Shown: piece after piece, positions 18,421 to 26,909 of the stretch
Layout of the letters: each line of letters begins with the position of its first letter
Numbering within the stretch: the stretch's first letter is position 1
Assembly: GCA_041690355.1 (NCBI GenBank)
Contig: JAWLHK010000012.1
Coordinates: forward strand, 62,001 to 120,151
Reading direction: 5' to 3'
Length of the DNA stretch: 58,151 nucleotides
From: a bacterium
GTDB taxonomy: Bacteria > J088 > JAWLBW01
Program-made: the position numbers and the translations under genes
The notes under the pieces: model-generated
The model's database searches: none
What the model was told of the DNA's origin: nothing
Seen by the model: the letters and a program-made list of their open reading frames with translations, nothing else

Positions 18421-19302
18421 TCAGTGGAAGGCTTTGCCGATCTTGCCGAGCGCGCGCGCTTCGTCGGGCGTGCAGGGCTCGCGGCCGCTCTCGCGGGCGA
18501 TCTTCACGATCGCTTCGATGAGCTGGCCGTTGCTGGTGGCCTTCTCGCCGTTGGGCAGGTAGAAGGTGTCTTCGAGGCCGGTGCGCAGATGTCCGCCGAG
18601 CTCAGCGGTCCTGCGGTGCACCGCCCAGACTTCCTGGCGGCCGATGGCGATCGTCTGCCACTTGAAGTCGTCGGGCATTTCGCCGACGAGCAACGGCAGC
18701 CATTCGGGCTTGGCGGGCATGCCGCTGGCGACGCCCATGACGAGCGAGACGTGCACCTGCCCCTTGAGAATGCCGGCGTCGCGGAACATCGAGACGCTGC
18801 GCACGATGCCCGTGTCGAAGCACTCGCACTCGGGCGTGATGCCGTTGCGCTCCATGACTTCGGCGAACGCCTGGACCTTCTCGACCGGGTTGTCGAAGAC
18901 CATCGGCGGCCAGGCCCAGGTGTGGTCGGCCTTCAGCTTGAGATAGTTCAGGCTGCCGGCGTTTAACGCGGCCATCTCGGGCTTGACCCGTTCGAGGCAG
19001 GCCACCGGCCCGCTGATGTCGGGGCCGACGACGCCGGTCGTCATGTTGATGATGATGTCGGGAACGACTTCCTTGATGCGGTTGCAGATCTTTTCGACAT
19101 CGTTCGGATCCCAGGTGGGCAGGCGGCCCATGCCCGGCGACTGGTTGCGGAAGTGCAGATGCACGATGGCGGCGCCGGCGTCGCGGGCCTCTTTGCACGC
19201 CTGGGCCATCTGATCCGGATCGACCGGAACGTTGTGCTGGGCCGGGTCGGTGAGCACGCCCGTCACCGCGCAGCTGACGATAACCTTGTCTTTCGCCGCC
19301 AT
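18421..19302 (-). CDS. 3-keto-5-aminohexanoate cleavage enzyme family (BKACE/DUF849)
   Basis: SCAVTG, GAAIVHLH, PEMAALNAGSLN, GGHLRTGLEDTFY. Confidence 0.93.
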   Translation of the reverse strand: MAAKDKVIVSCAVTGVLTDPAQHNVPVDPDQMAQACKEARDAGAAIVHLHFRNQSPGMGRLPTWDPNDVEKICNRIKEVVPDIIINMTTGVVGPDISGPVACLERVKPEMAALNAGSLNYLKLKADHTWAWPPMVFDNPVEKVQAFAEVMERNGITPECECFDTGIVRSVSMFRDAGILKGQVHVSLVMGVASGMPAKPEWLPLLVGEMPDDFKWQTIAIGRQEVWAVHRRTAELGGHLRTGLEDTFYLPNGEKATSNGQLIEAIVKIARESGREPCTPDEARALGKIGKAFH

Positions 19303-19332
19303 GGCAGCCTCCTGAAGGGGAAGTTCGGTAGC

Positions 19333-19350
19333 TGATTGACTCGTCAATCA
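19333..19350. promoter_or_regulatory. Palindromic operator candidate
   Basis: TGATTGAC-TC-GTCAATCA, a perfect 8-bp inverted repeat about 30 nt upstream of the BKACE start. Confidence 0.6.
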
Positions 19351-19467
19351 ACAATCATGCTCATGCTATCCAACCGGTCTGCCGCTGTCAAGCGCCGGCG
19401 TGGCACAGCGACGGGCCGAAGCCTTACAATATAGCCTCCAAGTGAGCCTGTTGATTCCCGTTTTCGA

Positions 19468-21147
19468 GTGAACACCCGCGTGCCCTCCCCATCATCGCCC
19501 TCCCCCGACTCAGGTGTCGCCCGCGGGGCCGCCATTGCCGCCATCGCCGTCCTGGGCAGCCGTGTGCTCGGCCTCGTGCGCGAGCAGGTCTTCGCGGTGT
19601 TCTTCGGCGCAAGCCGCGAGTACGACGCGTTTCTCACCGCCTTCCGCATTCCGAACCTCCTGCGCGACCTGCTGGCCGAGGGTGCGCTGTCGGCCGCCTT
19701 CGTGACGACCTTCTCGAAGACCATGGCCCGCGACGGCAAGGAGGCCGGTTTCCGCCTGGCGAACACGGTGGCCAACACGCTGGCCCTTCTGCTGATCTTC
19801 GTCGTGCTCGCGGGCATTTTCTTCGCGGAACCGGTTGTGCAGGCCATCGCCATCGGCTTCGACGCCGAGAAGACGGCCATGGCCGCCGAGCTGACGCAGA
19901 TCATGATGCCGTTCATTCTCTTCGTCGCGCTGGCCGCGCTGGCCATGGGCATGCTGAACGCGCAGCATTACTTCGCCCTCCCGCAGTCTGCCTCGACCTT
20001 CTTCAACGTCACGAGCATCGTCGTCGGCCTCGGCACGGCCTTTCTGCTCGCCCCCGAGTACATGACGGCGCTGTGGGACAACTCCGCGTTTCCCTCGGGC
20101 ACCGGGGCTCCGGCGCGCGCCATGACCGGCATGGCCGTCGGCACGCTCGCGGGCGGCCTCGTCCAGTGGCTCGTCCAGATGCCGACGCTGCGGCGCACCG
20201 GCTACCGCTGGCAACCCCGGCTCGACTGGAAGGACCCCGGCTTTCGCGCCGTGCTGGTGCTCATGGGGCCCGCGCTCATCGGCGCCGCCGCCGTGCAGAT
20301 CAACGTCTTCGTGAACTCGAACTTCGCATCGCTGCTCGGCGACAAGCCGATCAGCTGGCTCAATTACAGCTTCCGCCTCATGCAGTTTCCCATCGGGGTC
20401 TTCGGCGTGGCCATCATGACCGCCTCGCTGCCCGCCCTCTCGCGGCACCTGGCGGCGGGCGACCACCCGGGGTTCCGCACGACCCTGACGCAGTCGCTCG
20501 AGCTGGCCCTGCTGCTGACCCTCCCGGCGGCCGTGGGGCTCGCCGTGCTGGGCGAGCCGATCATCCGCCTCGTCTACGAGCACGGCCGCTTCGACCACGC
20601 CGATACCCTGGCCACGGCGGCGGCCCTCGGCGCCTACGCCTTCGGGCTGCCCGGCTACGCGGCCCTCAAGATCGTGCAGCCCGCCTTCATTTCCCTCGAT
20701 GACGCAAAGACCCCGATGTACGTGAGCCTGGGCGCCGTCGCCGGCAACGCGGCCCTGAACGCCCTCTTCGTTTTCGGCCTCGGATTCGGCCACGTGGGCC
20801 TGGCCGCGGCCACGGCAGCCATGGCGACCGTGAACGTCGTCGTGCTGCTCGTCATCCTGCGCCGCCGGCTGCGCACCACCGCCGCCCTGGACGCCCGCCG
20901 GTTCGCCGGCCAGGTTCTGCGCATCGGGGTCGCCGCCGCCGTCATGGGCGCCGCCGCCTGGGGGGGATACCGCGGGCTGCAGCGGGCCGGCCTCGCCGAG
21001 GGTTCCCTTGCCGCCGGCATCGAGGTCGTCCTCCTCCTGCCCACCGCCGTGGCCGTCTATGCCGCCGTGTGCCGCGTGCTCGGGATCGCCGCCTTCGACC
21101 AGGCGGCCGCCCTGGTAACCAGCCGCCTTCGACGCCACAGGGCCTGA
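19468..21147 (+). CDS. murJ: Lipid II flippase MurJ
   Basis: SRVLGLVRE, AFRIPNLLRDLLAEGALSAAFV, RLMQFPIGVFG. Confidence 0.96.
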   Translation: MNTRVPSPSSPSPDSGVARGAAIAAIAVLGSRVLGLVREQVFAVFFGASREYDAFLTAFRIPNLLRDLLAEGALSAAFVTTFSKTMARDGKEAGFRLANTVANTLALLLIFVVLAGIFFAEPVVQAIAIGFDAEKTAMAAELTQIMMPFILFVALAALAMGMLNAQHYFALPQSASTFFNVTSIVVGLGTAFLLAPEYMTALWDNSAFPSGTGAPARAMTGMAVGTLAGGLVQWLVQMPTLRRTGYRWQPRLDWKDPGFRAVLVLMGPALIGAAAVQINVFVNSNFASLLGDKPISWLNYSFRLMQFPIGVFGVAIMTASLPALSRHLAAGDHPGFRTTLTQSLELALLLTLPAAVGLAVLGEPIIRLVYEHGRFDHADTLATAAALGAYAFGLPGYAALKIVQPAFISLDDAKTPMYVSLGAVAGNAALNALFVFGLGFGHVGLAAATAAMATVNVVVLLVILRRRLRTTAALDARRFAGQVLRIGVAAAVMGAAAWGGYRGLQRAGLAEGSLAAGIEVVLLLPTAVAVYAAVCRVLGIAAFDQAAALVTSRLRRHRA

Positions 21148-21195
21148 CCCCGGTTGCCCCTTCGACGGCAACCTGTGATAAAATCGGCAGTGCCC

Positions 21196-23079
21196 ATGCC
21201 GGCCTACATCCCACATTCCCTCCTGATCGGAATCATGGCGGTCTCGGCCCTGCTGTTTCTGCGCATGGGCCTCGAACGCCGCGAGATGCTGCCGCTGGGC
21301 ATTTCGGCCGTGCTCGCGAGCGTGTGGATGCTGGCCGTCACGATCGGCGACGCCGCCGTGCAGACGGGGCACGTCCCGCTGGCGTGGCTCGCCGTCGCCC
21401 ACGCGACCATGGCGCCGGCCGTCTTCTTCGCCTTCGTGGCCGTTCTGCTCCTCGAGCATCACTACTATCCCGGCGCGCCGATCTCCCGGCGCATCTGGAT
21501 ACCTCCGGCCCTGGCCGTGGTCGCCCTGGCCGGGGCACAGACCCTCGACCCGCAGTTCTTCGTGCGCGACGCCGAGGCGGCCCCCGTCGGGCCCGGACAT
21601 TTCGTGCTCGAGCTCGTGCCGGGCCCCGGCTACTATCTCTTCATCGCGCTCACCGGCTACGTCCTCTATCAGGTCGCCCGCCGTTTTCCCCGCATCGTCC
21701 AGGCGATGGGCCTGACCGAGTTCGAGCGGCGCACCCGCGTGCTCTACATGCTGGTCGTCGTCACGGCCTTCTGGTGCACGGCTTTCGAGCTGCTGCCCGT
21801 GCTGCTCGGGCGGGCCATGCCGGCGGGTCCCGGCCCCAGCCTCCCGCGCGTCGCGGGCCCGATGATCGGCCTCGCCGGGGCCCTGGCCCTGATCGGCCTC
21901 ACGGGCAGCCTCAAACCCGCCGTGATTGCCGGCGCGGCGTTTCGTTTCGCGCTCCGCGTCGCCCTGCTGAGCGCCATCCCGGCGGCCGTCTACCTCGGGT
22001 GGACCGAATGGGTGCTCGGCCTGAGCCGGCCGGCATTCGTGCTGGCTATCTTCGCGATGACCGCGCTGCTGGCCGTGCTCTCCGTCTACCTGAAGAACCT
22101 CCTGGCGGGACCGGTCGACCGGGACGGGATGCGCAACATCGTCGCCGTCAATCACCTCGTTCACGAGCTGCTGCTGCTGCGCGACCTGGACGGATTCACG
22201 GCGGTCATCACGGCTTACCTCCGAGACACCGTCGGTGCCGAAGACGTGACCCTGCTTTCAGTCCAGGGACGGCAAGGTGAAGAGCTTTACGATCCGGAGT
22301 CGCGCTCGGTGCTCGCCTTTCCGGCCGACGTTCGGACGGCGCTGCGCGGTTGCCAGCGGGCCCTGACCCTGCGCGACGTCGGGGAAGATCCGCGCCTGGC
22401 CGAGCACCGTGACGCCCTGCGCGCCTTTTTCGTCCACCTGCGCGCCGAAGTGCTGCTCCCCCTCAGCGACGAAGGGCGGCTCAACGGCATTCTCGTCCTC
22501 GAAGCGCGCAGCTCGAAAAGCCCATACGAGCGGAACGATGTGGATTTTCTCGATCGGGTCATCGACCCCCTGTCGCTCGCCTTTGCCAACACGGTGAACT
22601 TCGAACTCTCGAAGTCGGGGCGGCCGGGCAAGCTGTTTCCGGCCCGCGAATTCCAGGCCATGCTCGAGCAGCAGTGGCACCGGGCGCGGCGGTATGAGGA
22701 AGCGCTTTCGGTCGTCCTGTTCCGCCTCGAAGACGCCGGCGCGTTCGAAGCCAGCCACGGCGAAGAGGCGGCGGCGCAGGCCGTGCGCGACGTGGGCTCG
22801 CGGCTGCTCACCGAACTGCGCGCCTTCGACGTCCCCGCCCTGCTCGACCCCCACACGATTGCCCTCCTGCTGCCCCAGACCGAAAAGGAGGGGGCGTCCG
22901 TGGCCGGGCGGCGCATCCGCAGCTGGCTCGAGGCCCAGCCCGTGGGTGACGGCGAAACGCCCGTCACCCTGCGCTTCAGCCTCGGTACCGCCGGGCGCGA
23001 CCTGCGCACGCAGAGCTCCGCAGCCGATCTGCTTGCCGAGGCCGAGGCGAGCCTGGCCGCCATGGCCGGGGCGTCCTGA
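21196..23079 (+). CDS. Multi-TM + GAF + degenerate GGDEF protein
   Basis: About 8-9 TM helices, GAF-like LLPL...GILVL...YERNDVDFL, and a GGDEF-like fold with RAFD but DPHTI in place of GGDEF. Confidence 0.75.
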   Translation: MPAYIPHSLLIGIMAVSALLFLRMGLERREMLPLGISAVLASVWMLAVTIGDAAVQTGHVPLAWLAVAHATMAPAVFFAFVAVLLLEHHYYPGAPISRRIWIPPALAVVALAGAQTLDPQFFVRDAEAAPVGPGHFVLELVPGPGYYLFIALTGYVLYQVARRFPRIVQAMGLTEFERRTRVLYMLVVVTAFWCTAFELLPVLLGRAMPAGPGPSLPRVAGPMIGLAGALALIGLTGSLKPAVIAGAAFRFALRVALLSAIPAAVYLGWTEWVLGLSRPAFVLAIFAMTALLAVLSVYLKNLLAGPVDRDGMRNIVAVNHLVHELLLLRDLDGFTAVITAYLRDTVGAEDVTLLSVQGRQGEELYDPESRSVLAFPADVRTALRGCQRALTLRDVGEDPRLAEHRDALRAFFVHLRAEVLLPLSDEGRLNGILVLEARSSKSPYERNDVDFLDRVIDPLSLAFANTVNFELSKSGRPGKLFPAREFQAMLEQQWHRARRYEEALSVVLFRLEDAGAFEASHGEEAAAQAVRDVGSRLLTELRAFDVPALLDPHTIALLLPQTEKEGASVAGRRIRSWLEAQPVGDGETPVTLRFSLGTAGRDLRTQSSAADLLAEAEASLAAMAGAS

Positions 23080-23117
23080 GCGCCCGGGCCGGGGCACGCA
23101 GTTTCACGGCCGTTTTT

Positions 23118-23146
23118 TTGCAGGCGGCCTGCCGAGTGGATAGAAT
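23118..23146 (+). promoter_or_regulatory. Sigma70-type promoter
   Basis: TTGCAG-17nt-TAGAAT. Confidence 0.55.
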
Positions 23147-23177
23147 AGACATGGCCATCGGAGGGCCGCCCCCAGCC

Positions 23178-25118
23178 ATGTCGTCCCTGACTCCATCTCC
23201 CGCCGAACTCTTCCTGCAGGCGCGCGACGCAGACCCCGCACTGCGCCAGGTCGCCGTCGAGTTCGAAGAGGCCGAGGGACTGCTGCTGGCCGAAGGCGAC
23301 CTCCGGGTCCTCGTCTACCAGTTCCGCGACGACGACCCGCGTCAATCCGAGATGCACGCCCGTTCGGTTGCGCGCGGCGCCGGCGTGCTCGCCCTGCTTA
23401 CCGACAGCGTCGTACCCGACCGCATCGGCCGGCTGCTGCACGAATTGCCGCATTTCGACTATCTCGAAGCGCCCCACGAGCCGCAGCGCCTCGCGCGCCA
23501 TCTGCGGCGGCTGTTCTCGACCCTGCGCTGGGAGCGCGAAGCGCGCGAGGCCCGGTCAGAGCTCGCGGCGAACCGCGACCAGCTCAAAGAGATCCAGTCG
23601 ATCGGCATCGCCCTCTCGGCCGAGCGCAATCTCGATACGCTGCTGACCATGATCGTCGAGAAGGCGCGCCAGATCACGCATGCCGACGCCGGCAGCCTCT
23701 ACATCGTCGAGGGCGACCGCGACGGCGACGACACCCAGCGGCGGCTGCGGTTCAAGATCTCGCAGAACGACTCCATTCAGGTCCCGTTCAGCGAGTTCAC
23801 GCTGCCGCTCGACGCGTCGAGCATCGCGGGTTACGTCGCTACATCGCGCAAGTCGCTGATCCTGGACGACTGCTACCTGCTGCCCGATGATTCGCCGGTG
23901 CGCTTCAACAAGTCGTTCGACGAGAAATTCAGTTACCGCACGAAGTCGATGCTGGGCGTACCGCTCGTCACCCGGGGCGGCGAGATGATCGGCGTACTGC
24001 AGCTGATCAACCGCAAGCTCGACCCGAACGTCCGCCTCACGCCCGAGAAGACCGAGGCGGCGGTCATTCCGTTCACGCGCGCCGACGTCGAGCTCGTCGA
24101 ATCGCTGGCCAGCGCCGCCGCCGTCGCCATGGACAACGCGCTGCTCAACGAAGAAATCCGCAACCTCTTCGAGGGCTTCGTGCTCGCCTCGGTCAAGGCC
24201 ATCGAGAGCCGCGATCCGACCACGTCGGGTCACAGCGGGCGCGTGGCCGAGCTCACGGTAGGTCTCGCCGAGAAGGTCGACCGCCTCGACAGCGGGCCGC
24301 TGCGCGAGCTGCGCTTCTCGGTGCAGCAGCTGCGCGAGATCCGCTACGCGAGCCTGTTGCACGACTTCGGAAAGATCGGCGTGCGCGAAGAAGTGCTCGT
24401 CAAGGCGAACAAGCTCTACCCCTGGGATTACGATCTGGTCGAAGCCCGCTTTCGCTACGTGAAGAAGGCGCTCGAGGCCGGCTACCTCAAGAAGGAGCTC
24501 GCCCTGCTGCGCGCGAAGCGCACCGACGAGACGCAGGCCCTGCGCGCGCTGCGCAGAAAGTACCGGGAAGAGTTGGCCGAGCTCGACCGCTTCACCGACA
24601 TCATCGCCGAGGCGAACCGGCCGACCGTGCTCGCCGAGGGGAACTTCGATGCGCTGCAGAAGATCGCCAGGCAGACGTTTCGCGATCTGGACGGCACCCG
24701 CAAGCCCTTGCTCGAGCCCCACGAGGTGGCCAACCTGAGCATACGCAAGGGGAGCCTCAACGACGAAGAGTTCCGCCAGATCCAGAGTCACGTCACGCAC
24801 ACCTACGAGTTCCTCCAGAAAATCAGCTGGACGCGCGACCTGAAGAACGTGCCGGTCATCGCCTACATGCACCACGAGAAGCTGAACGGCCGCGGCTATC
24901 CCGAGCGCAAGCCGGCGCCCGAAATTCCGGTGCAGAGCCGCATGATGACGATCTCCGACATCTACGACGCGCTCACGGCCAGCGACCGCCCGTACAAGAA
25001 GGCCTTGCCGGCCGAGAAGGCGCTCTCGATCATCGAAGACGAAGTGAAACTCGGCCAGCTCGACCCGCATCTGTTCGAGGTCTTCGTGCAGGCCGGGGTG
25101 TACAAGCTCACCGCGTAG
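23178..25118 (+). CDS. GAF + HD-GYP c-di-GMP phosphodiesterase
   Basis: GAF domain (YRTKSML, GVLQLIN), LLHDFGK, HHEKLNGRGYP, DIYDALTASDRPYK. Alternative start at 23151. Confidence 0.92.
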   Translation: MSSLTPSPAELFLQARDADPALRQVAVEFEEAEGLLLAEGDLRVLVYQFRDDDPRQSEMHARSVARGAGVLALLTDSVVPDRIGRLLHELPHFDYLEAPHEPQRLARHLRRLFSTLRWEREAREARSELAANRDQLKEIQSIGIALSAERNLDTLLTMIVEKARQITHADAGSLYIVEGDRDGDDTQRRLRFKISQNDSIQVPFSEFTLPLDASSIAGYVATSRKSLILDDCYLLPDDSPVRFNKSFDEKFSYRTKSMLGVPLVTRGGEMIGVLQLINRKLDPNVRLTPEKTEAAVIPFTRADVELVESLASAAAVAMDNALLNEEIRNLFEGFVLASVKAIESRDPTTSGHSGRVAELTVGLAEKVDRLDSGPLRELRFSVQQLREIRYASLLHDFGKIGVREEVLVKANKLYPWDYDLVEARFRYVKKALEAGYLKKELALLRAKRTDETQALRALRRKYREELAELDRFTDIIAEANRPTVLAEGNFDALQKIARQTFRDLDGTRKPLLEPHEVANLSIRKGSLNDEEFRQIQSHVTHTYEFLQKISWTRDLKNVPVIAYMHHEKLNGRGYPERKPAPEIPVQSRMMTISDIYDALTASDRPYKKALPAEKALSIIEDEVKLGQLDPHLFEVFVQAGVYKLTA

Positions 25119-25153
25119 CCCGCGCCACCTCTACTCCGCACCCCTTGCTCCCC

Positions 25154-26035
25154 ATGTTGCGTACCAACCGCCAGCAGGTCATCGAGACGGCGCTCCAGGG
25201 GCGCATCATCCCGCCGCGAGCCTACGGCTGGGAGATTACCCACGACGGCCGGCCGGCCATGACCCCGCCGGGACTCGGGGGAATTACCTACAACGTGAAG
25301 GTCGGCGACTCCTGTTTCGGCTGGGCGTCAGACCACGTCGAGCCGTGCGTTTCGCTCACCTTCGGCCTCGACAAGCTGAGCGAAAACCCGAACAAAGGAC
25401 TCAACGTCTTCGCCTGTATCGGCAACGACGTCACCATCGTTTCGGGCGACGCCAGGGGCGCGCGCGGCAAGGTTACGGGGCACCACGGCGGCGTCGAGCA
25501 CGTGCTCGTCGATTTCGCCGACGAGGTGCTCGAGAAGCTGACCCTCGACGACAAGTTTCTCATCCGCGGCTGGGGCCAAGGCCTGCGGCTGCTCGACCAC
25601 CCCGAGGTCACCGCCTACAACCTCGATCCGCGCCTGCTCGATGTGCTGGGAATCGTCGAGTCGGACGGAGGTCTCGAAGTGCCGGTCGTGGCCGAGGTGC
25701 CCGCCATGCTCATGGGGAGCGGCATCGGACATAACGATATCTTCAAGGGCGATTACGACATCCAGACGTCGGAGTGGAGCGTCATCGAGCGCCAGGGGCT
25801 CGATCGGCTCCGGCTCGGCGATCTGGTCGCCATCCTCGATCACGATGCCACACACGGCTGGTCGGTCAAGAACGGCGCGATCACGATCGCCGTCGTCTCG
25901 CATGGCGATTCGTTTCTCGCCGGGCACGGCCCGGGCGTATCGACCATCCTCACCTCGCGCACGGGGCGCATCCGGCCGCGGCGCGATGCCGACGCCAACG
26001 TCGGCCGCATGCTCGGCGTCGGGCGGTACCGCTGA
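25154..26035 (+). CDS. DUF4438-like protein
   Basis: GGITYNVKVGD, DHVEP, ACIGN, GHHGGVEH, MGSGIG, GDYDI, GHGPG. Confidence 0.8.
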   Translation: MLRTNRQQVIETALQGRIIPPRAYGWEITHDGRPAMTPPGLGGITYNVKVGDSCFGWASDHVEPCVSLTFGLDKLSENPNKGLNVFACIGNDVTIVSGDARGARGKVTGHHGGVEHVLVDFADEVLEKLTLDDKFLIRGWGQGLRLLDHPEVTAYNLDPRLLDVLGIVESDGGLEVPVVAEVPAMLMGSGIGHNDIFKGDYDIQTSEWSVIERQGLDRLRLGDLVAILDHDATHGWSVKNGAITIAVVSHGDSFLAGHGPGVSTILTSRTGRIRPRRDADANVGRMLGVGRYR

Positions 26036-26142
26036 CACCGTTGTCAGGGCGGGGCATGAAAGACCCGCCGACGGCGAAGAGAACCGGCCGGCGGCACAGA
26101 AGTTGCTTCGTTCCGGGAAATCCTTTCATGGAGAATGAAAGC

Positions 26143-26508
26143 ATGGGTCGCATCGTTCCTCTTCTGCTGCTCTCGCTGGCGGCCTGCGGCGCCGCCGCTC
26201 CCGACGAAGTCGTCTGCACCATGCAGGCCGTCGCCGGGCTGAACATCCGTGCGCAGGACGCCGTCTCGCAGGCGCCCCTGTGCAACGCCGTCGTGACGGC
26301 CGATGACGGCACGGGCGATCCCGAGCGGCTCGAGAAGCTCGGCGAGCCCGATTGCGTTTATGCCGGCGCCTGGGAGCGCGAGGGGACGTATGCCGTCACG
26401 GTCACCGCCCCCGGCTACCGCCCCGTCACGCTCGAGGGGCTCGTGGTCAGCGCCGGCGAATGTCACGTGACCCCCGTGCAGCGCACGGTGAATCTGGAGG
26501 CCCGGTGA
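26143..26508 (+). CDS. Small lipoprotein with carboxypeptidase-regulatory-like fold (paralog 1)
   Basis: Lipobox LAAC; CT-x2-A, YAGAWERxGTY, CHV. Confidence 0.8.
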   Translation: MGRIVPLLLLSLAACGAAAPDEVVCTMQAVAGLNIRAQDAVSQAPLCNAVVTADDGTGDPERLEKLGEPDCVYAGAWEREGTYAVTVTAPGYRPVTLEGLVVSAGECHVTPVQRTVNLEAR

Positions 26509-26885
26509 TGCGCGCGCTCGTTCTCCTAGCCTGTGCGCTGCTCGCGGCCTGTGGTTCTCCCGAGCCGCCGCCGCCGGGCACGCAGTGTACCGAAGAGGCG
26601 CGGGCCGCGATCACGCTGGCCGTCGTCGACGGCGCAACCGAGGATCCCGTCTGCGATGCCGTCGTCACGTTGCGGGACGGCGACTACGTCGAGCGGATCG
26701 AGGGAGCCGAGGGGGTCAACGCCTGCCCCTATGCCGGCGCGTGGGAGCGTCCGGGCACCTATGCGATCTCGGTCACTCACCCCGCCTTTGAGACCTACAC
26801 GCGCGAAGGAATCGATATCGGCGCCGACGAGTGCCACGTCTTTTCCTTCTCCATGACGGTTCGCCTTCAACCTGTCGAGCCCTGA
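26508..26885 (+). CDS. Small lipoprotein with carboxypeptidase-regulatory-like fold (paralog 2)
   Basis: TGATG coupling to paralog 1; lipobox LAAC; same motifs. Confidence 0.8.
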   Translation: MRALVLLACALLAACGSPEPPPPGTQCTEEARAAITLAVVDGATEDPVCDAVVTLRDGDYVERIEGAEGVNACPYAGAWERPGTYAISVTHPAFETYTREGIDIGADECHVFSFSMTVRLQPVEP

Positions 26886-26909
26886 GCTTTCAAGATGGAA
26901 TCCCGGGCG

